Shown piece after piece: positions 39,329-48,630 of a stretch of DNA of 64,000 nucleotides. Below the pieces are notes generated by a model. It saw only the letters and a program-made list of their open reading frames with translations. It was not told where the DNA came from and ran no database searches. A program made the translations under genes and the position numbers. Source of the DNA: Candidatus Latescibacterota bacterium (GTDB taxonomy: Bacteria > Latescibacterota > UBA2968 > GCA-2709665); NCBI GenBank assembly GCA_965237675.1, contig OZ250150.1:3904001-3968000 (forward strand), in the 5' to 3' direction. Position 1 is the first letter of the stretch. Every line of letters starts with the position of its first letter.

Positions 39329-42300
39329 TTCTCCCCGATCTTGCCGTCCGGAGGCCGGTAACGACGTCCATGTTTTTCTCCGCATTGGCCATATTGGGTG
39401 TCGTGTCTTGGACCCGGCTTCCGGTACAGCTCTTTCCGGAGCTGATTTTTCCGGAAGTCTTCGTCACGCTCACGCTGCCCGGAGCGACTCCGGAACAGGT
39501 TGAAAGGGATCTGGTGATTCCGGCCGAAGGGGAGATTGGCAAGCTTGACGGGGTCCAGGAGATGGAGTCGTTTGCGATGGCAAATATGGGTGGCGTAAGG
39601 ATATCCTATGCCCCGGACGTGGATATGAAATTCGCCCTGCTTCAGCTCCAGAGCAACCTGAACAGATTACAGCCGACACTGCCCGAACGATCGCAAACTG
39701 ATGTACGGAGGTTTGATTCGACAGATCTGAGCAGCATCATCATGGAGCTTCACGTACTTGCCGATTGGGATCTGAACCAGCTCCGGGAGTTCACCGAGGA
39801 AAAGATCCGTCCTGAACTGGAGTCTATAGACGGTGTCGTGAATGTGTCCGTTATGGGTGGGCGGCGCAGTGCCGTGGAAATTGTCCTGGATCCGTTCCTG
39901 CTCGAGGCGCATGGACTTTCGACCGGACAGGTACGGGAACGCCTGAACAACTACAACCGGCGACGGGAATACCTGGGTCGCGTATATGACGGGAACAGGG
40001 CCTATTCGGTGAGCATTCAGGGACAGTTTACGGATCTGCGCCAGATCCGTAATCTGGTGTTGAACACGGACGGCACCCTCAGACTGGGCGACGTATCCCG
40101 GGTGGGATACGGACTGCAGGAACAGGCCGATCGTCACAGAGTCAACGGCAAACCTTCGGTGGGGGTCCGAATCCAGAAAGACGACGAAGCGAATCTGATC
40201 GAGGTGGCCGCGGCCGTCGAAGCGGCCATTGGCCGGCTGAATCGGGATTTCAAAGGCGAGGGCGTGGAATTGGGCGTGAGTTCGTCTCAGGCGGATCTGA
40301 TGTCCGGGGCGCTATCCACTCTGAAACAGGCGGCCATTGTAGGCGCTGTCCTCGGACTGATCGTGCTTTTTCTGTTTCTTCGAAACTTTCGTTTTGTCTC
40401 GGTCCTCCTGCTGGCCATTCCGGTTTCTCTTCTGATGACCTTTAATCTGATGTACCTGGGCGGGCTATCCGTAAACGTCCTGTCCCTTTGCGGCCTTGCC
40501 CTCGCGATGGGAATGCTTGCCGACAACGGCATTGTCGTGATGGAGAATATCTTCAAGCATTACGAGCGTGGAAAATCCCCTGTCCATGCAGCGCGTGACG
40601 GGGCGGCTGAGGTCGGGCGCGCGGTGGTCGCGGCAACCGCAACCACGGTAACCGCTTTTTTGCCTGTTTTGTTTATCGAGAGCGACGCGCGGGACCTGCT
40701 CCGTGAACTGGCGTTGTCCATGGCGTTTCCTCTTATGGCCTCCCTGCTGGTGGCGCTGACACTCGTACCGGCCCTGGCGGTGCGGGCACTGAGCCGCGAG
40801 GTCCGGCGACCACCCGATGTCCGTGGCTTGCTGGAACGGTATACGCTGTTGTTGAAAGCCGCCCTGCGGCACCGCGCGTTGGTGGCCCTGTCCGTAGGAG
40901 GTGCCCTTACACTGACACTCGTCGTGGCCTTCTATTACCTGCTTCAGCAGCAGGTACGGAGAGAGGAAACGCGATTTACGGTCTATGTGAACCTGCCGGA
41001 AGGGGCCACGCTGGATGCTACCGATGAAGTCGCGAAACAGGTGGAAGAATCTGTGCGTGACGTTCCCGGGCTGGATCGATTCACAACGTCGGTTCGGGAG
41101 GCGGAATCCAGCGTTACTGTCTTGCTGGAAGATCGGTCTGACCGGCCCGGCGACATCTCACTGGATGAAATCAAAGAACAACTCGACGAAAAACTGCAGA
41201 ACGTACAGGGCGGCGTGGTAGGGTACGAGCCCAGGCCACGGGCGGGGAGGGGCGGTCGTGGGCAGGGAATAGGACAGCGTCGGAGACGCAGTTCGGGTGG
41301 ATTCGATCTGACCGGGGCCACCCCGAACGAGCAGGCCGTGGTTCGAGGATACGACTTCACTTTACTGACAATGATTGCCAACGACGTGGTGTACCGCCTC
41401 GAGGAACTGGAGGAGGTCGACGCCAACAGCGTCCGCGCGGACGCCGAACGGAGTTCGCCCGAGGTTCAGGTGATACCCGATGCGGCGGCTCTGTTCGACA
41501 GGCAGCTTGGGACACGGGAGGTGTTGGCCGCAATGGGTGATACCCGTTGGGACGGTTTCCGTACCACCGTACCGTTTCTCCTGCCCGACGCAACCGAGAT
41601 ACCCATTGAAGTGCGTACAATTGAAGAGGAGGACCGGGACCGGTACGGGCTGGCTGAATTCAAGCGCTCCCGCATTCTCAACCAGGTCGGGCAGTACGTG
41701 TCTCTGGACGAAGTCGCGCGTGTTCGAACGGATGAAGGCAGGAGCAACCTGTTGAGGACCGACCAGGCCCGTCGGATCGTGGTTTCGTACCGGTTTCCTT
41801 CGGAAATTCTCGATTCACAACCGCGGTTGGAGACCGCGAGACGTGTCGTACGGACGACTCTTCAGGATATGGTGCTGCCGGAGGGCTATTCGATCGAAAT
41901 AACAGAGGCACAGGAGGAGACGATTTACTATTGGATGATGGGAGTTGCCGCGGTGCTCATCTACATGATTCTGGCCTCGCTGTTTGAATCTTTCGCGTCT
42001 CCGGTCATCATTCTGTGTACGCTACCACCCGCGGCCATTGGTTCCTGTTGGGCGCTGATGATGTCGGGTACGGGTCTGAGCCAGCAGGAGGGGCCCATGG
42101 CGCTGCTGGGCTTTGTTGTCCTGCTGGGCATTGCCGTGAATAACGGGATTATCCTGATCGATGCAGTCGGCGTGCTCAGGTCCCGATTCGGTTATCGCCG
42201 GGAACGCGCGGTATTGGCGGCGGCACGGTCCCGGGTACGACCGATATTGATGACGACGGCCACAACGCTTCTGGGCGTCCTACCGCTCGCTCTGGTATTC

Positions 42301-44037
42301 GGAGGCGACTTTGAAATCTGGCCGCCGTTTGCAATCACCGTTCTGGGCGGGTTGTCGGTTTCCATGGTGTCCACACTGATCCTGATTCCGGTCGTTTACA
42401 TGGGGCTGGACCAGATCGGAGCCTGGCTGGCCGATATGGGGTTTATCGGCGTCACTCTCTCACTGCTGGCTACAGCGGCGGCCGGCTATGGCGTATATAC
42501 CCGGTATGACAGCGTCTTCTGGGCGGCCCTGTCGATATTGCCTATCTGGGTTGTGTTCTTGTCAGCGGTGTGGATCGTACTGAAGGTCCATCGCGCTCGA
42601 GTGTCCGCCCGTCGCGTGGCGGACGCCGTGTATTCCATTCAGTTGCGGAATCTGACGAAGACCTACGGCGCGCCCGGGCGATTTGCACGCGAGTGGGCGC
42701 GAAGCGAACGTCGGAGAGGGCGGTTGATGGAAACGGGGTTGGATCCGCAGGACCGCAAGGCGGTCCGGGATACTCTTTTCTGGAAGCTGCCGTTACTCGC
42801 CCTGTTGCTGTTTTTTGCGGCCTATTTCGAGGATGAAATCTGGATCTATCTGCACGGGGTGGCGCTGGCCTTTATGCTGGCCCATGTGGGTCAATGTTTC
42901 GGCGCCCTCTGGCGCGGGCAAACGTCGGCACCGGTCACTCGCATCGGCGACTTTCTTCGTAAAGTGGTTCTGCCACTGGGATTTCTGGCCTATGTGCACT
43001 GGCGGCTGAACCTGCTTTCCGTCACGATTGCATCGTTCGGGTTGTGGGTTGTCTATCGTCTGGCGCGGCGGCTCGCGAACAGGGTGCGGACGGGCAAGGT
43101 AAACCCCGACGAAATGTCCGGACGGGTTGGATGGGCACGCCGATGGGTCTATCGGATGGCATCGGCCTTACCTCTTATAGGGGTTCCCCGGCCGGCATTT
43201 CGGGCGCTGGCGGGCGTCAACCTGGAGATTGGCAGGGGGATGTTCGGTCTCTTGGGCCCGAATGGCGCCGGTAAGACCACGTTGATGCGTATTCTCTGCC
43301 GGGTTCTCGAGCCCAGCTGCGGGTCAATTCTGATCGATGGTCGAAACATCCTGAGAAGGGGTTCGATTCATGGGCTGATCGGGTATCTTCCGCAGCACTT
43401 CGGTAACTATGGACATCTTTCCGCATACGAATTCCTGGAATACCGGGCGCTGCTGGAAGGCTTTAAGGACCGAAAAACCCGGGAGACGCGGGTGATCGAG
43501 TCTCTGGAACAGGTCAATCTGATCGAGCGGAAGGAAGATCCGATCGGATCCTTCTCCGGTGGCATGAAGCAGCGCCTGGGCATCGCGCAGACCCTGTTGC
43601 ACACTCCGCTGATCGTGGTCGTGGACGAGCCCACTGCGGGGCTCGACCCGCTGGAGCGCATCCGGTTTCGCAACCTGCTCGCCCGTTTGAGCCAGGATCG
43701 GATCGTCATTTTTTCCACGCACATCGTGGAAGACATCTCAGGAAGCTGCAATCGACTGGCGGTACTGGATCAGGGGCGCCTACTGTATACCGGAACGCCA
43801 CAGGAGATGAGAAACCTGGCAGAGGGACGGGTGTGGGATGCGGTTGTGCCGGACCGGCGCTTTTCCGAACTCGAAGAAAAACTGAAGCTCGTAACGCATC
43901 AGCGAACGTCAGCCGGGGTCCGAATGCGATTCTTGTCCGATCGCCCACCGGTTGGCGTCGGCGCGCAGAGCGCGGATCCAACGCTTGAAGACGCTTATCT
44001 TTACCTTCTTGGCAGGGGAAAGGAACAGCCGTGCTGA
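39325..44037 (+). CDS. RND permease fused to extra TM segments and a C-terminal ABC ATPase domain (1570 aa)
   Basis: GTG 39325 follows AGGAGG and overlaps the upstream stop (GTGA). RND motifs GMLADNGIVVMENI, LASLFES, RVRPILMT; then GPNGAGKTT, GYLPQ, FSGGMKQR, VVDEPTAGLDP, STH in one uninterrupted frame. Confidence 0.9.
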   Translation: MILPDLAVRRPVTTSMFFSALAILGVVSWTRLPVQLFPELIFPEVFVTLTLPGATPEQVERDLVIPAEGEIGKLDGVQEMESFAMANMGGVRISYAPDVDMKFALLQLQSNLNRLQPTLPERSQTDVRRFDSTDLSSIIMELHVLADWDLNQLREFTEEKIRPELESIDGVVNVSVMGGRRSAVEIVLDPFLLEAHGLSTGQVRERLNNYNRRREYLGRVYDGNRAYSVSIQGQFTDLRQIRNLVLNTDGTLRLGDVSRVGYGLQEQADRHRVNGKPSVGVRIQKDDEANLIEVAAAVEAAIGRLNRDFKGEGVELGVSSSQADLMSGALSTLKQAAIVGAVLGLIVLFLFLRNFRFVSVLLLAIPVSLLMTFNLMYLGGLSVNVLSLCGLALAMGMLADNGIVVMENIFKHYERGKSPVHAARDGAAEVGRAVVAATATTVTAFLPVLFIESDARDLLRELALSMAFPLMASLLVALTLVPALAVRALSREVRRPPDVRGLLERYTLLLKAALRHRALVALSVGGALTLTLVVAFYYLLQQQVRREETRFTVYVNLPEGATLDATDEVAKQVEESVRDVPGLDRFTTSVREAESSVTVLLEDRSDRPGDISLDEIKEQLDEKLQNVQGGVVGYEPRPRAGRGGRGQGIGQRRRRSSGGFDLTGATPNEQAVVRGYDFTLLTMIANDVVYRLEELEEVDANSVRADAERSSPEVQVIPDAAALFDRQLGTREVLAAMGDTRWDGFRTTVPFLLPDATEIPIEVRTIEEEDRDRYGLAEFKRSRILNQVGQYVSLDEVARVRTDEGRSNLLRTDQARRIVVSYRFPSEILDSQPRLETARRVVRTTLQDMVLPEGYSIEITEAQEETIYYWMMGVAAVLIYMILASLFESFASPVIILCTLPPAAIGSCWALMMSGTGLSQQEGPMALLGFVVLLGIAVNNGIILIDAVGVLRSRFGYRRERAVLAAARSRVRPILMTTATTLLGVLPLALVFGGDFEIWPPFAITVLGGLSVSMVSTLILIPVVYMGLDQIGAWLADMGFIGVTLSLLATAAAGYGVYTRYDSVFWAALSILPIWVVFLSAVWIVLKVHRARVSARRVADAVYSIQLRNLTKTYGAPGRFAREWARSERRRGRLMETGLDPQDRKAVRDTLFWKLPLLALLLFFAAYFEDEIWIYLHGVALAFMLAHVGQCFGALWRGQTSAPVTRIGDFLRKVVLPLGFLAYVHWRLNLLSVTIASFGLWVVYRLARRLANRVRTGKVNPDEMSGRVGWARRWVYRMASALPLIGVPRPAFRALAGVNLEIGRGMFGLLGPNGAGKTTLMRILCRVLEPSCGSILIDGRNILRRGSIHGLIGYLPQHFGNYGHLSAYEFLEYRALLEGFKDRKTRETRVIESLEQVNLIERKEDPIGSFSGGMKQRLGIAQTLLHTPLIVVVDEPTAGLDPLERIRFRNLLARLSQDRIVIFSTHIVEDISGSCNRLAVLDQGRLLYTGTPQEMRNLAEGRVWDAVVPDRRFSELEEKLKLVTHQRTSAGVRMRFLSDRPPVGVGAQSADPTLEDAYLYLLGRGKEQPC

Positions 44038-44753
44038 ACTGGCATGAATTGCTGCTGACCTGGTGGCGGCTCTATCGGCTTAGCTGCAGAATCATATTTC
44101 ACAGGAAATTGATGTTCATGGCTATTGGTGTTCTCGTTTATTACGCTGCCATGTATGCATTTGCGGTCTGGCGGCCCAGCGAAGGATTCGGCGTATCGCG
44201 GGCGCTCAATGTTCTGGTTGAAATTCCCGGCATCGCCCTGGCCATTTATCTGACGATGGATCTGGTTGCGGGCGAACGAGATAGAAATACACTGGAAACG
44301 CTGTTCAGTACCACGTCGTCCCACTATAAGATCTGGGCGATTCGTATGCTCGGAGTCTATTTCGTGTTGGCGGCCACCCTGATGGGTATGACGGTGGTTG
44401 CCTATTTTGTTTTCGCGGAGTTGCCTATCTTTTGGGGCGGGCTGAATGCTTTTCTGCCTGCGTGCCTTGCCGCGGGGCTCACTTTTTATTTTTCTGTTCT
44501 CTGTCGAAGCGGCAATGCGGCCGCGATGCTCGCTACGGGAGTGATGGGCCTGACTGTGTTCATCTCGGAATCCATGCCAGATTCACCCTTCGCGCTTTTT
44601 CTGAGTACGTTTGATCCCCCGGTGGGAATGGAAGGCACCCTTTGGGGCGACCAGATGCTGCTGAATCGCCTGGGTGTAATATTGCTGTCGGGTTTGCTGC
44701 TTTTTATGGGCCTCCGGAAGATGGAAGCCAGGGAGCGATTGGTTTCTTCCTGA
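44031..44753 (+). CDS. ABC-2-type permease-like membrane protein
   Basis: About six hydrophobic segments; ABC-2 loop GERDRNTLETLFST; overlaps the upstream stop. Confidence 0.8.
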   Translation: MLNWHELLLTWWRLYRLSCRIIFHRKLMFMAIGVLVYYAAMYAFAVWRPSEGFGVSRALNVLVEIPGIALAIYLTMDLVAGERDRNTLETLFSTTSSHYKIWAIRMLGVYFVLAATLMGMTVVAYFVFAELPIFWGGLNAFLPACLAAGLTFYFSVLCRSGNAAAMLATGVMGLTVFISESMPDSPFALFLSTFDPPVGMEGTLWGDQMLLNRLGVILLSGLLLFMGLRKMEARERLVSS

Positions 44754-44920
44754 TGTTGAAAAGTGACTTACGTGCGCAAGTCACGCTAATTGAGGTCTAC
44801 TGAAGATATCTATTTCATTTTAAATTGGATAGTCTGTCGGTACGTTTTCTTCCTCAATGACATATCCGCTAGTTTACGTTGTGTTCTGAATTAATGACTC
44901 TTGATGGCCTTCCGTGTTTA

Positions 44921-45505
44921 TCACTCAGATTCCCATTCGTTTGGAATCGAACAACTGTTTTGGGCGGCCCAGCGACGTGCCTGCTCGTAAAAGTCCTTAA
45001 ACGAACCTGATCCAGCAATCCAAGATCTCAATGATGTTGTTGAAACGTAGTTGCAGACTCGTGCTTTTCCCAGTTCTTTGTCACGTCCAGTCAACCCGAA
45101 TCTCCGCTTTACAAAATCAGAAGGGTTGTCCCTCGGTATCTCTTCCTCCTTACATTCCAGTTCGCGGGCAAGCGAGCCCCGGTCAATTGCCAGCCACCAT
45201 TCTATATTTTGGTCAGCCACGCCAAATACGGTCAGATGACGGAGATTTTCGGGAATCCGAGCGCCCTCGCGATTTTTGACCTCACGCCAGGGATTGTTAT
45301 CGGCATCCGTCAACACAACCAGTATGTTACATCCTTCATGGCTATTTAAGACCTGGAGATTCTTGGCAATCTCTCGCCTGTGAGATTCCTTCGACCCACC
45401 TCGATATCGCCCCGGTGCCAACTCCGCAGCAGGACACCAGCGTTCTTTCAGCCCCCGGACGACTGCTTCATCCATATCCCCCTGGACATAAAATCCAATC
45501 TTCAT
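44921..45505 (-). CDS. TOPRIM-like (DUF4276/RloB-type) protein coupled to the upstream ATPase
   Basis: N-terminal strand IGFYVQGDMDE, central VVLTDAD, later NIEWWL; ATGA overlap with the ATPase. Confidence 0.6.
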   Translation of the reverse strand: MKIGFYVQGDMDEAVVRGLKERWCPAAELAPGRYRGGSKESHRREIAKNLQVLNSHEGCNILVVLTDADNNPWREVKNREGARIPENLRHLTVFGVADQNIEWWLAIDRGSLARELECKEEEIPRDNPSDFVKRRFGLTGRDKELGKARVCNYVSTTSLRSWIAGSGSFKDFYEQARRWAAQNSCSIPNEWESE

Positions 45506-46689
45506 CCCAACAACCCCCGAAAATGCTGTTCTCCCAGCGGGAATTGTTCAAGGCGCGCCTTCAGATTATCGATATTCGGTTGCGAAATTGAAGTGTGCTG
45601 TTCGTCGCGATTAAGCACAAAGACCGCATCCAAATATTGATCGAATAGATCGATAAAATACGGTGCATGCGAGGTAAAAACGACCTGAGGGCCTTGCGAC
45701 TGTTCGATCAATTCGAACAAGGATTTCAATAAACCGACATAAATTCCATTTTCCGGCTCTTCAATTATTAACAACGGTCGGGTATCAACGATTGGCTGCA
45801 TCAACAAAACATAGGTTAGGGCCAAGAATCGCAACGTGCCACTCGATGCACTCCATGCTGGGTATGCACTCCGGTCTGCATATTCGAAAATCATGTTCAC
45901 TTGGTTTGAAAAAACCTCAAAGTTGATTAGTTCAAGTCTTGGGTCCACTTCTTTTATTACATTCAGAAGCTGGCGATAATCCCACTCCCGGGACGTTTTT
46001 AGCCTGTAGAGTAACGAGGCGAGATTGCTGCCATCGCGAGCGAGGACGACTTCATTTGGGTTGTGTTCCGACGACCTCATTGCAATAGGGGATAGATCAT
46101 AAGAGCACCAAGTGCTCAAATAACGTTTAAAGTGATTAGCCCGTGCATTCGAATCCGAATCATAGAGCCGCTGCAGCATCGTTGTATCTGCGGGTGGGCT
46201 TGCCTCAACATAGTTCTCAGTTCCATCAATGAAATCCTTCTCATGCAAAAGGCGAATCCGACCATTGGAATGATGGAGCAGGGCAGTTTGATCGAATTTT
46301 CCGCCGGTAACGATCAATTTCTCTCGGGTAACTCTAATTGTAGATTCTTCTCCAGAAAAAGCATTCGTACTAATAGAGAACCCCGGTAGCGATATCGTCA
46401 GTTCATATTCAAATGTGTGAACATCGTGCATAAAGGGAACATCTGCTCGCAGATAGAAATCTATGGTTTGTTTATTAAACGCGAAATTCGTCAAACCAAA
46501 TCGCCAACTTTGGATCAAAGACACGCAATCGTCTAGCTTCAAGACAGAACTAGCAGCAACAAACTGCAATGCCTGGCAGAGATTGGTCTTTCCGGAGTTG
46601 TTTTTCCCTATAATTAGATTGATTTGACGCGGCTCAAATACAATATTAATCAAAGACTTAAAATTATCGACGCGAAATTCTTTCAACAT
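45502..46689 (-). CDS. ABC-type ATPase of the AAA_15/AAA_21 (OLD/AbiEii-like) class
   Basis: RBS GGAGG; NFKSL, Walker A GKNNSGKT, signature ASSGT, Walker B LLIIEEPENG, H-loop FTSHAP; AT-richer than the flanks. Confidence 0.9.
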   Translation of the reverse strand: MLKEFRVDNFKSLINIVFEPRQINLIIGKNNSGKTNLCQALQFVAASSVLKLDDCVSLIQSWRFGLTNFAFNKQTIDFYLRADVPFMHDVHTFEYELTISLPGFSISTNAFSGEESTIRVTREKLIVTGGKFDQTALLHHSNGRIRLLHEKDFIDGTENYVEASPPADTTMLQRLYDSDSNARANHFKRYLSTWCSYDLSPIAMRSSEHNPNEVVLARDGSNLASLLYRLKTSREWDYRQLLNVIKEVDPRLELINFEVFSNQVNMIFEYADRSAYPAWSASSGTLRFLALTYVLLMQPIVDTRPLLIIEEPENGIYVGLLKSLFELIEQSQGPQVVFTSHAPYFIDLFDQYLDAVFVLNRDEQHTSISQPNIDNLKARLEQFPLGEQHFRGLLG

Positions 46690-46742
46690 TACAAGCCTCC
46701 TAAACAGACGTGGCCTGAACAGTGGTTTTGCCAATAGATGGT

Positions 46743-46785
46743 AACATAAGACCCACATGGCCTCAGGTCAAATCATTTGACCTGA
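46743..46785 (-). promoter_or_regulatory. Putative promoter of the ATPase operon overlapped by a perfect 11-bp inverted repeat
   Basis: Minus strand TTGACC (46771-46766), 17 nt, TATGTT (46748-46743). Palindrome TCAGGTCAAAT-C-ATTTGACCTGA at 46763-46785. Confidence 0.55.
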
Positions 46786-47077
46786 CCGCAACAAACACGT
46801 TCTCCAACATCGCGCGATATGTACTGCTTCAAAGTCTGCATCGTCCGGGCGTTTCCAAAGAGGTCTTGCTCGACGGTTTCAGACCATTGACCAATGCAAC
46901 GTGCTAAACGGAGTTGACTCTCGTTCCGAATGCCACCCGAGAAAACCGGCGTAGGGAGTACGATTCCAATTGTCCATTCCGACTCTTGCCGTCGTACCTA
47001 TATCGTCGTATTAGATCGATCGTCTTTAAGGGAACGACTGATAACCGCATTTTGATTCGGGATCTTTGCGTTCCATT

Positions 47078-48220
47078 CTATTCTTTGCGTACATCCAACC
47101 GGACCTTGCGGGGTTCTACCTTTACGACCGTCAGATCCGTCCCGTGTGTTATCGACTCGGTGTCAAACTCGAAGGTTCTGCGTCCGTACCTGACGTAGGC
47201 GGCATCGATAACGAGGCTGAAGTCCACCACAGACGCCAGTAGCAGGGCGCGTCGTGTTCCCTTTACGGTTACGCTCACCGCGGGGGGTTTGACGCCCTCC
47301 AGCGAGTATCCCTGTGGTAAGTTCTCCACACTGACACCCACCTCGTACGTCGTTTCCTGCACCGCCGCGCCGGGTACCAGCAACATCCATGCACCGAAGG
47401 CCAGCGCGAAGGAGAGCAGCCCTTCGCCGAGATGCCGGGCCAGCCGGCCGCGCTGGATCCGGCCCGCACCGACCACCGCGTGCTGAACGTGCTCCTGTAA
47501 CCTGGCCAGCAATTCGTCAGGATCGTCTATAGTCTCCAGTCGACCCTGCCGCGCGACGGCGATGGTGCCGCGCTCCTCGGAAACCACAATGCAAAGGGCG
47601 TCGCTGCGCTCGGCCAGCCCCAGTGCCGCGGCGTGGCGCGTGCCTCCCGGCCCGAGTTCGCCCCGGTTTTCCGAAAGCGGCAGATATACGGCAAAGCGCT
47701 CCAGCCTGTCTTCGCGCATCACCAGCGCACCGTCGTGGCCCGCCGATGTCGTGCCGAAAATGCTGTCGATGAGTTCCTCGCTAATGGTCGCTTGCAAGGC
47801 GATCCCGCCTTGTAAATACCGCTCCAGGGGCTCACGTCCGGGCAAAACCACCAGGGCGCCGCGTCGCCTCGCCACCAGCTGATGCATCGCTCGAACCAGG
47901 ACCGCCAGACTGCCACCGCGGGGCCTGGATACCCTCTGGCCCAGACCCAGTGCGGCGATCCGCTCGAAGAGCCGACGCAGGTCGTCTTGAAACACCACGA
48001 CGAGCAGTACGACGAGGACGGCGAAAAAACCTTGGAAAATCCACGCAGTCAGTTGCAGTTCGAATTGCCGCGCCAGCAGATAGAAAGCGCCGAGAAAAGC
48101 CAGCCCGATAAGCGCCATTCGGGCGTGCATCCTCCGAGTCCAGGCCAACAGGCCCCACAACAGGACGCCCACGACCACTATATCCACAAAATCCGTAAAT
48201 GCGATTTCAAGTAACGTCAT
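47078..48220 (-). CDS. Membrane diadenylate cyclase (CdaA/DacA-type) fused to a TM segment and a YbbR-like domain
   Basis: Three N-terminal TMs, VVVFQDDLRR.FERI, GALVV, HDGA, YLPLS, GTRHAAALGLAE.SDA.CIVVSEERG; C-terminal NLP.GY...P..VSVTVKG.R, VEP.KV. Confidence 0.88.
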   Translation of the reverse strand: MTLLEIAFTDFVDIVVVGVLLWGLLAWTRRMHARMALIGLAFLGAFYLLARQFELQLTAWIFQGFFAVLVVLLVVVFQDDLRRLFERIAALGLGQRVSRPRGGSLAVLVRAMHQLVARRRGALVVLPGREPLERYLQGGIALQATISEELIDSIFGTTSAGHDGALVMREDRLERFAVYLPLSENRGELGPGGTRHAAALGLAERSDALCIVVSEERGTIAVARQGRLETIDDPDELLARLQEHVQHAVVGAGRIQRGRLARHLGEGLLSFALAFGAWMLLVPGAAVQETTYEVGVSVENLPQGYSLEGVKPPAVSVTVKGTRRALLLASVVDFSLVIDAAYVRYGRRTFEFDTESITHGTDLTVVKVEPRKVRLDVRKE

Positions 48221-48630
48221 ATCCAATGATCTTCCGGCTGGCGAAATCAGTCGTTTGGGGGCGCGAGAATACCCAACGATGTGCGTCTTGCTCCTGGTCC
48301 GGAATATGGGCAAACTTTCACATTTCGTCAAGACCCCCCGGATCCCTTTTTTACGACCGATTATCGTCGAAACCCGGGGGCCCCGGCGGTAAATCCGTCG
48401 CTCGTTTCGGGGTTGGGCGTCTGCGGGAAACCGCTGTTGCCGCCGATCCCGCTCATCACGTCATGCGGTAACACCCGGGGGCCGGGCATGAACGTCCTGC
48501 AAAACAACCCTGCGGATCTCGTCTTTCATTTGGTCAGTCCTGTGAAAATGCATATATTTAGAGACATTCGGGACCGACCGGAAATCGATATCTTGTAATC
48601 TGACGCTGTTTTTGGACGGAGGAAAGCGAT

